Positions 28,024 to 37,402 of a stretch of 64,000 nucleotides of DNA are shown here, piece by piece. Both the position numbers and the translations under genes were made by a program. The stretch is from an uncultured delta proteobacterium. GTDB taxonomy: Bacteria > Desulfobacterota > RBG-13-43-22. The stretch lies in the NCBI GenBank assembly GCA_963838485.1, contig CAWIRY010000186.1, positions 6,159 through 70,158 on the forward strand, given 5' to 3'. Position 1 is the stretch's first letter; each line of letters starts with the position of its first letter. The notes under the pieces are model-generated. The model was not told the DNA's origin and made no database searches. It was given only the letters and a program-made list of their open reading frames with translations.

Positions 28024-30429
28024 ATGACCTGGGCATCAAACTGCACGGTAGTCTCACCCACTCAGTTGTGGTCGGCCGCTTCGACCCTTTCTCCCCGCGT
28101 GCAACAGCTTCGCCGGCAATTCTGGTCCTTTTATGAGCGGGAATACACCAACGAAGTGCGCGCTTACACCACCGGCACGCCCTGGGATGTGGTCTATTCC
28201 ATCTGGAGTTGGACCAATGTGCCCGAGATCGCCCTGTTCCAGCAGGGGTTCCGCAGTTATCTCCGGGCCGCGGCCAAGACCGTCGAGTTACCGTCCGATT
28301 TTTGTGAAGAGCCTCTGGTCGTTCGCCAGGCCCTTTTCTTTCGTCAAGTCGTACAGGCCTGCTTGCCGGTTGAAATCCTGCAGGGGGAGCTGATTGTCGG
28401 CTCCCATTTCAATACGGCCCTTTCGCGCTGCCTCAAAAAAGATGAAGCCCGTTCCCGGGACCGGGAAGAACAAAAATTCCTCGAAGCTTGGAATGAACTC
28501 AACAAGGCCGGGGTGGGAAACTGCGGCGCCGTTCCCGGTCACCTGGTGCCCAATTATCCCAAGGTCCTGAGGGTCGGCTGGAAAGGGATTGAAGATGAGG
28601 CCCGGGTTATCTTCAATGATCCGGCGAGTTCAATGGAGCAAAAGAACCTGGCCCGGGCCGTCATGATTTCCGCCGAGGCCGCCCGCGATCTGGCCAGTCG
28701 CTATGCCGATAAAGCCCAAGGCCTGGCTGAGATTGAAGCCGACCCGATTCGCTGGGAAGAGCTCATCGGGATCGCCCGCATCTGCCAAAAAGTCCCCTGG
28801 CTGCCGCCCGAAACATTCCCAGAGGCCCTGCAAGCCCTCTGGTTCACCCACATGTTGGCCATGGCCGCTGAAAGCTATCCGGGGCCGGGCCTGTCGCCGG
28901 GACGGGTGGACCAGTACCTCTATCCCTATTACCGGGCGGATCGAGAGGCTGGCCGCCTGACGAATCAGGCCGCCCGCGAGTGGCTGTACTGCTGGTGGAT
29001 CAAGCACAACTATGTTTATGATTATCAGGGCTGGACCGGCACCAATCAGGGCATCAATTCATCCTTCGGCCAGCTCATCACCCTGGGCGGCATGGATGCC
29101 CAGGGCAACGACGCCTCCAATGAATTGACCTTTCTGATGCTCGAGGTGATCGAGGAGATGAACCTCCTGGAGCCCAAGCCCAACATCCGCATCCACGCCC
29201 GCACCCCCGATAAATTACTCGACCGCCTGGTGGCCATGTTGGCCAGAGCCCAGGGTTCCCCCTTTCTGATCAATTTTGACGAGAATGCCATGGCCGGGCT
29301 TGGATGGCAGGGCCTGCCTGAAGAACGCCTCTGGGATTACGCACCGGTGGGCTGTCTGGAGAACACCCTGGCCGGCGATGACCGCTCGGGCACGGTGGAT
29401 GTGAACCTGAATCTGGCCAAGGCGATCGAGCTGGTTTTAAACGATGGCCGCGATATGGCCACGGGCAAACGTATCGGACCGCGCACCGGTGACCCTAAAG
29501 AGTTTCCAGGGTTTCCCCAGTTTATGGAGGCCTTTAAACAACAACTCCAAGCCATCCTCTTGAAGCTCATCGCCGCCAACAACCTGGCCGACGCCGGCCG
29601 GGCCCGGTGGGAACCGGTGTCTTACTTGAGCGCCCTGGTGGACGGCTGTCTGCAAAGCGGCCGTGATTGCAACGCCGGCGGGGCTCAATATAATTTTCTG
29701 ACCGTGGAAGGGGTGGCCCTGGCCACGGTGGCCGACAGCCTGGCGGCCATAAAAAAGCTGGTCTTTGAGGATCACCAGGTGGAAATGGGGAATTTGGTTG
29801 AAGCGATCCAGGCCAATTTTGAAGGCCAGGAAAGCCTGCGCCGGATGTTGCTGACCAAGGCCCCCAAGTACGGCAACGACGATGGATATGCCGATGAGAT
29901 CGCCCGGGAGGTCAGCCGCTTTTGGACCGAAGAAGCCTTCAAACATTTTTCTTCCACGGGGAAGCGCTACCGGGGCGGTTATCTTTCCTGGAATTACTGG
30001 ATTGCCTATGCGCCGTCAACGGCCGCAACGCCGGACGGCCGCCGCCGGGGACAGTTTCTCTCCAACGCCGTCTGTCCGGTCAACGGGGCCGATTGCCAAG
30101 GGCCGACCTCGGTCATCAAGAGTGTGGGCAAACTGGGACTGGAGACCGCACCCAACGGGTCCAGCCACACCATGAGTTTCAGCCCGACCTTGTTTCGCAG
30201 CCCCGAGCAACGCCAAAAACTGAAGGCGCTTTTACGGGCCTACGGCCAGGTGGGCGGAACCTGCCTGCAGGTCAACATGATAGACGCCGAAACCCTGCGG
30301 GAGGCCCAAAAGTTTCCCGACGAATATCAGAATTTGCTGGTGCGGGTTACGGGTTACAACGCCTATTTTGTCGGCCTGGGCAAGGAAATTCAGGACGAGA
30401 TCATTGCCCGTGAGTCGCACCCGGTTTAA
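28024..30429 (+). CDS. Glycyl radical enzyme (PFL-like superfamily), eliminase/dehydratase-like active-site pattern, substrate unknown
   Basis: 801 aa. The C-terminal glycyl radical motif is ..LLVRVTGYNAYFVGL.. The Cys loop ..APVGCLENT.. has a C-x-E arrangement, as in the 1,2-eliminase-type GREs. Strong RBS (gggagg). An activase gene follows. Confidence 0.85.
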   Translation: MTWASNCTVVSPTQLWSAASTLSPRVQQLRRQFWSFYEREYTNEVRAYTTGTPWDVVYSIWSWTNVPEIALFQQGFRSYLRAAAKTVELPSDFCEEPLVVRQALFFRQVVQACLPVEILQGELIVGSHFNTALSRCLKKDEARSRDREEQKFLEAWNELNKAGVGNCGAVPGHLVPNYPKVLRVGWKGIEDEARVIFNDPASSMEQKNLARAVMISAEAARDLASRYADKAQGLAEIEADPIRWEELIGIARICQKVPWLPPETFPEALQALWFTHMLAMAAESYPGPGLSPGRVDQYLYPYYRADREAGRLTNQAAREWLYCWWIKHNYVYDYQGWTGTNQGINSSFGQLITLGGMDAQGNDASNELTFLMLEVIEEMNLLEPKPNIRIHARTPDKLLDRLVAMLARAQGSPFLINFDENAMAGLGWQGLPEERLWDYAPVGCLENTLAGDDRSGTVDVNLNLAKAIELVLNDGRDMATGKRIGPRTGDPKEFPGFPQFMEAFKQQLQAILLKLIAANNLADAGRARWEPVSYLSALVDGCLQSGRDCNAGGAQYNFLTVEGVALATVADSLAAIKKLVFEDHQVEMGNLVEAIQANFEGQESLRRMLLTKAPKYGNDDGYADEIAREVSRFWTEEAFKHFSSTGKRYRGGYLSWNYWIAYAPSTAATPDGRRRGQFLSNAVCPVNGADCQGPTSVIKSVGKLGLETAPNGSSHTMSFSPTLFRSPEQRQKLKALLRAYGQVGGTCLQVNMIDAETLREAQKFPDEYQNLLVRVTGYNAYFVGLGKEIQDEIIARESHPV

Positions 30430-30496
30430 TGGAATCCTAAAAAGTATCCATCCGGAAACTATAACTTTCAGGATGGAGCGCTCAGCCATCAGCTTT

Positions 30497-30565
30497 TAGC
30501 TTTCAGCAAAATCCTTTATCATTGGGGAGTTTGGCTAAATGCTGACCGCTGACTGCTGAAAGCTA
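30497..30565 (+). repeat. Stem-loop built from gctgaaagc-type repeats between the GRE and activase genes
   Basis: TAGCTTTCAGC (30497-30507) pairs with GCTGAAAGCTA (30555-30565). Flanking gctga/cagc repeats extend the arms (30483-30570). Confidence 0.45.
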
Positions 30566-30613
30566 TCAGGAAATCTTGGATTTCCGGATGAAAACTAAAA
30601 AGGTTGACAGACT

Positions 30614-31558
30614 ATGACTTCCGGCCTGATCTTCAATATCCAGCAATTCAGCACCGAAGACGGACCAGGCATCCGAACCACGGTCTTTCTTAAAGGCTGT
30701 CCCTTGCGCTGCCCCTGGTGTCACAACCCGGAAGGCCTGCGCCTCAGGCCCGACCTGATGTGGTACGATGTGCGCTGCATCGGAGCCAGAGATTGCCTGA
30801 GCGCCTGCCCGGAAAAGGCCTTATCCCTCTCCTCGGAAGGGATACGGATCGACCGGGAGCGCTGCACCTTGTGCTGCCTGTGCGAGAAGGCCTGCCCGGC
30901 AGCGGCCCTGGAGGTGATCGGCCGTCCCTTTACCCCCGATGAATTGATGGACGAACTTTTGAAAGATCAGGTTTTCTATGAGACCTCAGGCGGAGGCATC
31001 ACCTTCAGCGGCGGCGAGCCGATGTTGCAGGGGGAATTCCTCAGCCAGGTTATGATGCTCTGTAAACAGGCCGGGATGCACGTAGCCCTGGATACCAGCG
31101 GTGCCGTCTCCTGGGAGCGCTTTGAGCCGGTCTTACCCTGGGTGGACCTGGTGTTGTTCGATTTAAAAATCATGGACAGTGAGCGTCATCAACAGGCCAC
31201 GGGCCTCTCAAACACCATCATCCTGGAAAATGCCGGGCGAATGGCTGCCAGTGGAAAACCGATGTGGATTCGAACGCCGATCATCCCCGGTTTTACCGAT
31301 GATGCGGAAAATATCCGGGCTATCGGCGGTTTTATCAGTCAAGCTTTGCCCACGGTGCAGCGTTGGGACTTGCTGGCCTATACCAATTTGGGAAAACCCA
31401 AATATCATCGTCTCGACATGCCCTATTGGTTGGAAAGGACGCCACCGTTGACCCGAGCCGAAATGGAAACCTTACATCAGGCCGCTGTTGAACTGGTGCC
31501 GACGGCTTTATGGTCCGGGGCGGCCAGGCAGAATCAATCGCCATCATCGGAAGACTGA
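30614..31558 (+). CDS. Glycyl-radical enzyme activating enzyme (radical SAM) with a ferredoxin-like 2x[4Fe-4S] insert
   Basis: FSTEDGPGIRTTVFLKGCPLRCPWCHNPE (CX3CX2C). The insert carries CIGARDCLSACP and CTLCCLCEKACP. GGGITFSGGEP SAM motif. Confidence 0.9.
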   Translation: MTSGLIFNIQQFSTEDGPGIRTTVFLKGCPLRCPWCHNPEGLRLRPDLMWYDVRCIGARDCLSACPEKALSLSSEGIRIDRERCTLCCLCEKACPAAALEVIGRPFTPDELMDELLKDQVFYETSGGGITFSGGEPMLQGEFLSQVMMLCKQAGMHVALDTSGAVSWERFEPVLPWVDLVLFDLKIMDSERHQQATGLSNTIILENAGRMAASGKPMWIRTPIIPGFTDDAENIRAIGGFISQALPTVQRWDLLAYTNLGKPKYHRLDMPYWLERTPPLTRAEMETLHQAAVELVPTALWSGAARQNQSPSSED

Positions 31559-31560
31559 CT

Positions 31561-32370
31561 ATGTCTCAGCTCGAACAGACACCAGGATTGTTGACCTCCC
31601 TGCGCGGGGAGATGACGCCCAAGTTTCTGGCCACCCGGTCGGCCGTCGGCGTCCCCAACGTCGTCCCGTGCATCTCTTTGTTGCCGGCCGAGGATCAGGA
31701 GGACACGCTTTTCTTTGGAAATTTCCTTCTGCGCAAAAGCATCAAGAACCTAAAGGAAGACCGGCGGGTCAGTATCCTGGTGGTCACACCGGAACTTAAG
31801 GGATGGATTCTCAAGGGAGATTTTATCGAATTCCAGCGTACCGGCCCCTATGTGGACCTTCAAAAAAGCAGCCCCCACCTGCGTTATAACGCCTATACCG
31901 GTGTGCGCAATGCCGGCCTTATCCGCGTGAACCGGGTGGAAGGCACCTTTTCTATCTCCAAGCTCCAGGTGATGAGGGATTATCTGCTGGCCCGTCTGGC
32001 GGCCTTCGGGCAAGGAAATAACCAAAAAACAGTATCAGGCCATGGCCTGATCATTCCCCTGGCCGTGCGGCGCGAATTCGCCAGAATGGCCGCGGTCAAG
32101 GTCCTGGCCTGGGTCAGAACGGACGGATACCCCCAGGTCATCCCCTCCCTTTCGTTGCAGCCTGCGGGTCAGACGAAACTGGTCTGCCGGAAAACCCAAA
32201 GCCTACCCTCGCCTCCGGTCAATGCCCTGGTGGCCGGCAATATCCTCACCTTTGAGGCCGTTTCTTATCAAATCAAAGGGCGCTGGTCGGATTCCAACCG
32301 AACCGGTGTACTCCGGGTTGAAGAGATTTATGCCGGCGGCCCGCCCTATCCGGGAGGACGAATCGTCTGA
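31561..32370 (+). CDS. Tandem pyridoxamine-5'-phosphate-oxidase-like (FMN-binding split-barrel) protein
   Basis: The ATG at 31561 lies 2 nt after the activase stop (the ORF track start at 31510 is unlikely). There are two halves of about 135 aa, each with a split-barrel-like pattern (..PNVVPCISLL..RRVSILVV.. and ..AVKVLAWV..GYPQVIPS..). Fold-level call only. Confidence 0.5.
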   Translation: MSQLEQTPGLLTSLRGEMTPKFLATRSAVGVPNVVPCISLLPAEDQEDTLFFGNFLLRKSIKNLKEDRRVSILVVTPELKGWILKGDFIEFQRTGPYVDLQKSSPHLRYNAYTGVRNAGLIRVNRVEGTFSISKLQVMRDYLLARLAAFGQGNNQKTVSGHGLIIPLAVRREFARMAAVKVLAWVRTDGYPQVIPSLSLQPAGQTKLVCRKTQSLPSPPVNALVAGNILTFEAVSYQIKGRWSDSNRTGVLRVEEIYAGGPPYPGGRIV

Positions 32371-32595
32371 GAGTGGGTCTGTCAAAAACATGACAAATTT
32401 TGTCCAATCATGAAGGTTAAAACCTGTTTCTCAGCCTATTCCTTCCCTTCAAAAGCCCCTCTCTTATACCTTAACTTCCCAAAATAATTGCAATTTTACC
32501 GTTTAATAAATTAATGGCTTAATTGTTGCAGATAGAATATAAGAAACTAACTGGGAAAATTGGCTTTTCGGCTTTTACCAGAAAAAGGAATTTCT

Positions 32596-32799
32596 ATGAG
32601 ACATTTCAGCGATGACGTTTTAAAAGCGGATGAAGTATCGAGATGGCTGAGAATCCCTAAGTCAACCATTTATAAGCTCTGCATAGAAGGTAAGATCCCT
32701 GGGACAAAAATCGGCCGACATTGGCGGTTTGACCGTAAAGATATTGAGGTTTGGTTCAAGAAAAGAATTAAAAATGGAAACCAGGAGATTAGCTTATGA
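32596..32799 (+). CDS. Excisionase-family / MerR-like helix-turn-helix DNA-binding protein
   Basis: From the ATG at 32596: MRHFSDDVLKADEVSRWLRIPKSTIYKLCIEGKIPGTKIGRHWRFDRKDIEVWF.., the classic excisionase-type HTH. Its stop overlaps an ATG (ATGA at 32796-32799). Confidence 0.7.
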   Translation: MRHFSDDVLKADEVSRWLRIPKSTIYKLCIEGKIPGTKIGRHWRFDRKDIEVWFKKRIKNGNQEISL

Positions 32800-32864
32800 C
32801 AACCAGGTGCCACCCAGGGAGGGATGATTGGTCTGATTAAAGTCGACGATAAGCGCCACTTTGA

Positions 32865-33833
32865 AATCAGCCGAGAGGCCGTACAGCGCACCAAATTAGA
32901 AATCAGTTCTTTAACACGAAAATAGATTTTAAACCGCCCTTAATCTTTGTCGAGGGTCTGTACGATGAATTAGAGGTTCGGGTCTTAGACCTGGACCGGG
33001 CCAATCAAGACCTACTAAAAGCCAAAGAGAATGCCGAGGCGGCCAACCAGGCCAAGAGCGAATTTTTGGCCAATATGAGTCATGAACTTCGAACACCCCT
33101 AAACCACATCATCGGGTTTACCGAATTGGTTTTGGATAAACATTACGGAGAATTGAATCCTACCCAATCGGAATTTCTGACCGATGTCCTAAGCAGCAGC
33201 CACCATCTCCTTTCCCTGATCAATGATATCCTGGACCTGGCTAAGGTGGAAGCTGGAAGGTTGGAGCTCGACCTCTCCGAGGTCCCGCTGAAGCCATTAT
33301 TGAAAAACAGCTTGGTCATGGTCAAGGAAAAGGCCATCAAACACAATATCAAACTCAAAACCGATTTTGATGGCATACCCGAGACCATCATGGCCGATGA
33401 ACGCAAATTGAAACAGATCCTCTACAATCTCTTGTCCAATGCCGTCAAATTTACTAATGACGGAGGCGCGGTTCTCCTGTCGGTGAATCGGATGCGGCCT
33501 GAGTCTTGGACCCCGGGGCCATTCAAGGATATTAATTTCGAGCGGATGACTCCAGACTCTGCACCCAATGGAGATTATCTCAAATTCGGCGTCAAAGATA
33601 CGGGCATCGGGTTGCAGGCTGAAGATCTGAAAAGGATCTTCAACCCTTTTGAACAGGCCGACAATTCGTCCAGTCGTAAATATCAGGGTACCGGTCTGGG
33701 ATTATCTTTGGCCCGCCAACTGGTGGAAGTGCACGACGGCCGCATCTGGGCCGAAAGTGACGGGGAAGGGCACGGGGCCTGTTTTTATTTTACCCTGCCC
33801 ATAAACAAATGGAGGCAGGAAACTGAACCATGA
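32865..33833 (+). CDS. Cytoplasmic histidine kinase (coiled coil, DHp and HATPase_c), N-terminus unresolved
   Basis: ..ANQAKSEFLANMSHELRTPLN (H-box), N-box LLSNAVKFT, G-boxes DTGIGL and GTGLGLSL. The frame is open from 32865 but has no plausible start before 33066. The ATGs at 32796 (same frame, blocked by stops) and 32824 (+1 frame) suggest indels. Confidence 0.75.
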   Translation, partial: NQPRGRTAHQIRNQFFNTKIDFKPPLIFVEGLYDELEVRVLDLDRANQDLLKAKENAEAANQAKSEFLANMSHELRTPLNHIIGFTELVLDKHYGELNPTQSEFLTDVLSSSHHLLSLINDILDLAKVEAGRLELDLSEVPLKPLLKNSLVMVKEKAIKHNIKLKTDFDGIPETIMADERKLKQILYNLLSNAVKFTNDGGAVLLSVNRMRPESWTPGPFKDINFERMTPDSAPNGDYLKFGVKDTGIGLQAEDLKRIFNPFEQADNSSSRKYQGTGLGLSLARQLVEVHDGRIWAESDGEGHGACFYFTLPINKWRQETEP

Positions 33834-35278
33834 AAAAAGCGACGATACTGGTAGTGGAAGATAATGACCTTAACATGAAGCTGGTGCGCAGTCTTTTACA
33901 ATTGGCCGGTCATCAGGTGCTGGAGGCCGAAGATGCCGAACAGGGGATTCGTTTGGCCTCTCTCCATCGACCGGATTTAATTCTCATGGACATCCAGCTT
34001 CCGGGCATGGACGGGTTGGAGGCCACCCGAATCCTGAAGCGCAAAAAGGAATTAAACAAGATCCCCGTGGTGGCCCTGACCTCTTATGCCATGCCCGGCG
34101 ATGAACAAAAGACCCGGGAGGCCTCCTGCTCCGGGTATATTACCAAGCCGATCGACACCCGAAAGTTCATTCAAACAATCCAGGACTTTTTGACACCAAA
34201 CAACCAACCAGTTGAGGCGGGGCCGGACAAAGGGATTATTGGAAAGCCTCGCATTCTCATCGTGGATGATGATCCGCTGAACATTAAGTTGATGATGACT
34301 GAATTGCCGGCGGAAAAATTTGGAACCCTTTCGGCCACAGAGGGTTCCCAGGCCATTCGTATCGCCCTCAACGAACTGCCGGACCTTATCCTGCTGGACA
34401 TTATGATGCCCGAGATGGACGGATTTGAAGTTTGCCAGCGGCTCAAATCCAGGGAAGAAAGCAAAGAAATCCCTGTCATATTCCTCAGTAGCCTTACAGG
34501 TCTCGAAGAAAAGGTGAGGGGTTTTGGACTGGGAGCAGTCGACTTCATTTCCAAACCATTCCAGCGCGAAGAACTCCTGGCGCGGGTTTGGACCCATCTC
34601 GAACTGAGCCGGTTGCGGACCAAGCTTGAGGCCCAAGTGGCGGAACGAACGATTCAGCTACACCGGTTGACGGAAGAACTCAAACAAAGTTTAGAGAAGT
34701 TAAGAAAAACCATGGTGGGTATTATCCAGGCCATGGCCCTGACGGTGGAAAGCAAGGACCCTTACACCGCCGGCCATCAACTACGGGTGTCCCATATGGC
34801 CAGGGCCATCGCCCAGGAAATGGGGCTCTCCAAAGATCAAATCGAAGCCGTTCGGATGGCCGGTATGGTTCATGATTTAGGAAAAATTTCGTTCCCGGCC
34901 CAGATTCTCAGTAAGCCTACTCAACTGAGCGATCTTGAATTTGGGTTAATCAAGGTTCATCCCCAGATCAGTTTTGACATCCTGAAAGACATCGATTTTC
35001 CCTGGCCGGTGGCCCAGATCGTTTTTCAGCATCATGAAAGGATCAATGGGACAGGGTATCCCTTGGGGCTGTTTGGAAATGAAATTTATTTGGAGGCCAG
35101 GATCTTAGCCGTGGCCGATGTGGTTGAGGCCATTGCCTCACACCGTCCGTATCGGCCGGCCCTTGGTTTTAAAAAAGCCCTGGAGGAAATCTCGCAGAAC
35201 AGAGACATCCTTTATGATCCCGAGGCGGTCGATGCCTGTCTGAGGCTTTTTAAGGAGAAGGGATATAAAATTGAATGA
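33830..35278 (+). CDS. Response regulator with two receiver domains and an HD-GYP c-di-GMP phosphodiesterase domain
   Basis: REC1 (ILVVEDNDLN..DLILMDIQLPGMDG..KP) and REC2 (ILIVDDDPLN..DLILLDIMMPEMDG..KP). The C-terminus carries HDLGK and HHERINGTGYP. Confidence 0.9.
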   Translation: MKKATILVVEDNDLNMKLVRSLLQLAGHQVLEAEDAEQGIRLASLHRPDLILMDIQLPGMDGLEATRILKRKKELNKIPVVALTSYAMPGDEQKTREASCSGYITKPIDTRKFIQTIQDFLTPNNQPVEAGPDKGIIGKPRILIVDDDPLNIKLMMTELPAEKFGTLSATEGSQAIRIALNELPDLILLDIMMPEMDGFEVCQRLKSREESKEIPVIFLSSLTGLEEKVRGFGLGAVDFISKPFQREELLARVWTHLELSRLRTKLEAQVAERTIQLHRLTEELKQSLEKLRKTMVGIIQAMALTVESKDPYTAGHQLRVSHMARAIAQEMGLSKDQIEAVRMAGMVHDLGKISFPAQILSKPTQLSDLEFGLIKVHPQISFDILKDIDFPWPVAQIVFQHHERINGTGYPLGLFGNEIYLEARILAVADVVEAIASHRPYRPALGFKKALEEISQNRDILYDPEAVDACLRLFKEKGYKIE

Positions 35279-35328
35279 TAATTTTATTCGGCATCACCTT
35301 TAAGTTTCTGTCAACCGGGGGACCATAA

Positions 35329-36582
35329 ATGAAGGACGGGGATAGAACGAAGTCGCGGTTAATGGATATTAATTGCTATTTGCTGACCTTTGTCGCAATC
35401 TGGACCGCGGGAGTCATTGCTTCTCTGGGGTGGAATATCTACCAGTTGAAACAGTCTATCTTGAAAACCGCCCGGACGAGCGCCGAGATCTCCTATGATA
35501 AGGACGTCATCTACCGAAGGTGGGTTGCCAGGCAAGGAGGTGTGTATGTGCCTGTTTCGGAGATGACCCCCCCCAACCCGTACCTCAAAGTTCCTCACCG
35601 CGATATCAGGACCCCTGATGGTCTGTCTCTCACCCTGGTCAATCCGGCCTACATGACCCGCCAGGTCAATGAACTGGCCATGGAAACGCTTAACTTTCAG
35701 GGGCACATCACCAGTCTCAATCCTATTCGGCCCGGGAATTATCCGGATTCCTGGGAAAGAGAGGCACTTAAATCATTTGAGCGAGGGATAAAAGAGGCCG
35801 GTTCCGTCGAAATAAGGTCGGGGAAAGAATATTTTCGTTTCATGCGCCCTTTGGTCACGGAAAAATCCTGTTTGAAGTGCCATGAAATCCAGGGATATAA
35901 AGAAGGGGATATCCGGGGAGGAATCAGCGTATCGATCCCCATGGAACCCCTGAGGGCTATTGAGCGATCCCGTATGGTCGAATTGACCCTCGCCCACAGT
36001 TTTTTGTGGATCATCGGCCTTACGGGAATCGGTATTGGTACACGACGTCTGAGACGCCAGACTCTTCAGCGTGAAAAAGCGGAGGAAGAGTTACTTATCC
36101 TCGCCATAACCGATCAACTTACGGGCCTGCACAACAGAAGGGGGTTTTTATCTCTTGCCGAACAGCAGTTGAGATTATCGGACAGAACGAAGGATAGAAT
36201 GGTGCTCTTTTTGGCCGACATGGATGGGCTGAAGTGGATTAACGATACCCTGGGACATAAAGAAGGGGATAACGCCATCATTGAAGTGGCGATGGTACTC
36301 AAAGAGACCTTCCGATCATCCGATATCATTGCCCGTATGGGAGGGGATGAATTTGCCGTCCTGGCCATCGATACCACTGAGGTAAATTCTGAAATCTTTA
36401 CCGGCCGGTTACAGAGCCTGATTGACGCGCACAACAATCAGGAAAACCGGAATTATAAGCTTTCAATCAGTGTGGGCTGTTCCTTTTATGATCCTGAAAA
36501 TCCATGTTCGATCGATGAACTCATGGTGCAGGCGGATCAATTGATGTACGAAGAGAAGAGGAATAAACAAAAAATCACTTGA
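35329..36582 (+). CDS. Membrane-anchored diguanylate cyclase with a periplasmic DUF3365-like CXXCH (heme c) sensor domain
   Basis: TM1 (..LLTFVAIWTAGVIASLGW..), CLKCH motif, TM2 (..FLWIIGLTGIGIG..), then a GGDEF domain with RMGGDEFAVLA. Confidence 0.85.
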   Translation: MKDGDRTKSRLMDINCYLLTFVAIWTAGVIASLGWNIYQLKQSILKTARTSAEISYDKDVIYRRWVARQGGVYVPVSEMTPPNPYLKVPHRDIRTPDGLSLTLVNPAYMTRQVNELAMETLNFQGHITSLNPIRPGNYPDSWEREALKSFERGIKEAGSVEIRSGKEYFRFMRPLVTEKSCLKCHEIQGYKEGDIRGGISVSIPMEPLRAIERSRMVELTLAHSFLWIIGLTGIGIGTRRLRRQTLQREKAEEELLILAITDQLTGLHNRRGFLSLAEQQLRLSDRTKDRMVLFLADMDGLKWINDTLGHKEGDNAIIEVAMVLKETFRSSDIIARMGGDEFAVLAIDTTEVNSEIFTGRLQSLIDAHNNQENRNYKLSISVGCSFYDPENPCSIDELMVQADQLMYEEKRNKQKIT

Positions 36583-36697
36583 TAAGGCGTAATCCGCTCC
36601 GGGGGCCGTTTATGCCAAAATTATGAGCGCAGAAGACACTATTTCAAGCTTGCCTGATCCGATATGATCCTGATGTGGAGGGCAGGGCGCTCCGAAA

Positions 36698-37402
36698 TCA
36701 TTCGATTCTCCGGGCTACGATCAAGAATTGTGTGGTGTCGATGTCTGCCGCGAAGGATAAAAAACCCGGTGACCGGCGTATCCCGAGCCTCTTTTTAAGA
36801 CGCTTGACCGCCCTGGTTAACCAGTGTATTCGGTGAGCGCTTTCCTGGGCTACGACACGTAAGCCCGCCTGCTGGACGAGATCAATCGCACTTTTTCGAG
36901 TAAAAAAACGAAGGTGCGTACGATCGAGGATTCCCTCATGGGAGTAATTCCATGATCCAGACAGGAGACCTCCTATGACACTTTTGTGGCCCACATTGGG
37001 AATGCTGATAATCAGATAACCGCCGAAAGTCAAACGATCACGCCAGAGACGCAACATTTTCCATGGATCTACCATGTGTTCGAGCACATCGGCGAAGATG
37101 AGGCAATCCGGTTGAGGCCAACTATCCGGCAGGGGATCGTCGGCACTGCCGCATAAGACGTCATCAAGCACCAGGCGGGCACGGATTGCTTTGTCGGCCA
37201 CCGGCTCGATTCCACGAACTTCCACGCCAGGGCGCTCGCTTTTAAGCAACGCGCCGAGGGCGCCTATACCACAGCCGATGTCTATAATATACCTGCATTC
37301 TTGAGGGACCCAGGCAGCCACCTCCGGTCGGGCATGTTCGTAGTACGTTGGGTGTGTCTCCATGTCGGTTACAGATGCAGTTGGGGTGCTCTTCATCTTC
37401 AT
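36698..37402 (-). CDS. Class I SAM-dependent methyltransferase
   Basis: Motif I IIDIGCGIGALGALL, followed by ..IFADVLEHM... Overlaps the end of the flippase gene by 4 nt. Confidence 0.8.
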   Translation of the reverse strand: MKMKSTPTASVTDMETHPTYYEHARPEVAAWVPQECRYIIDIGCGIGALGALLKSERPGVEVRGIEPVADKAIRARLVLDDVLCGSADDPLPDSWPQPDCLIFADVLEHMVDPWKMLRLWRDRLTFGGYLIISIPNVGHKSVIGGLLSGSWNYSHEGILDRTHLRFFTRKSAIDLVQQAGLRVVAQESAHRIHWLTRAVKRLKKRLGIRRSPGFLSFAADIDTTQFLIVARRIE

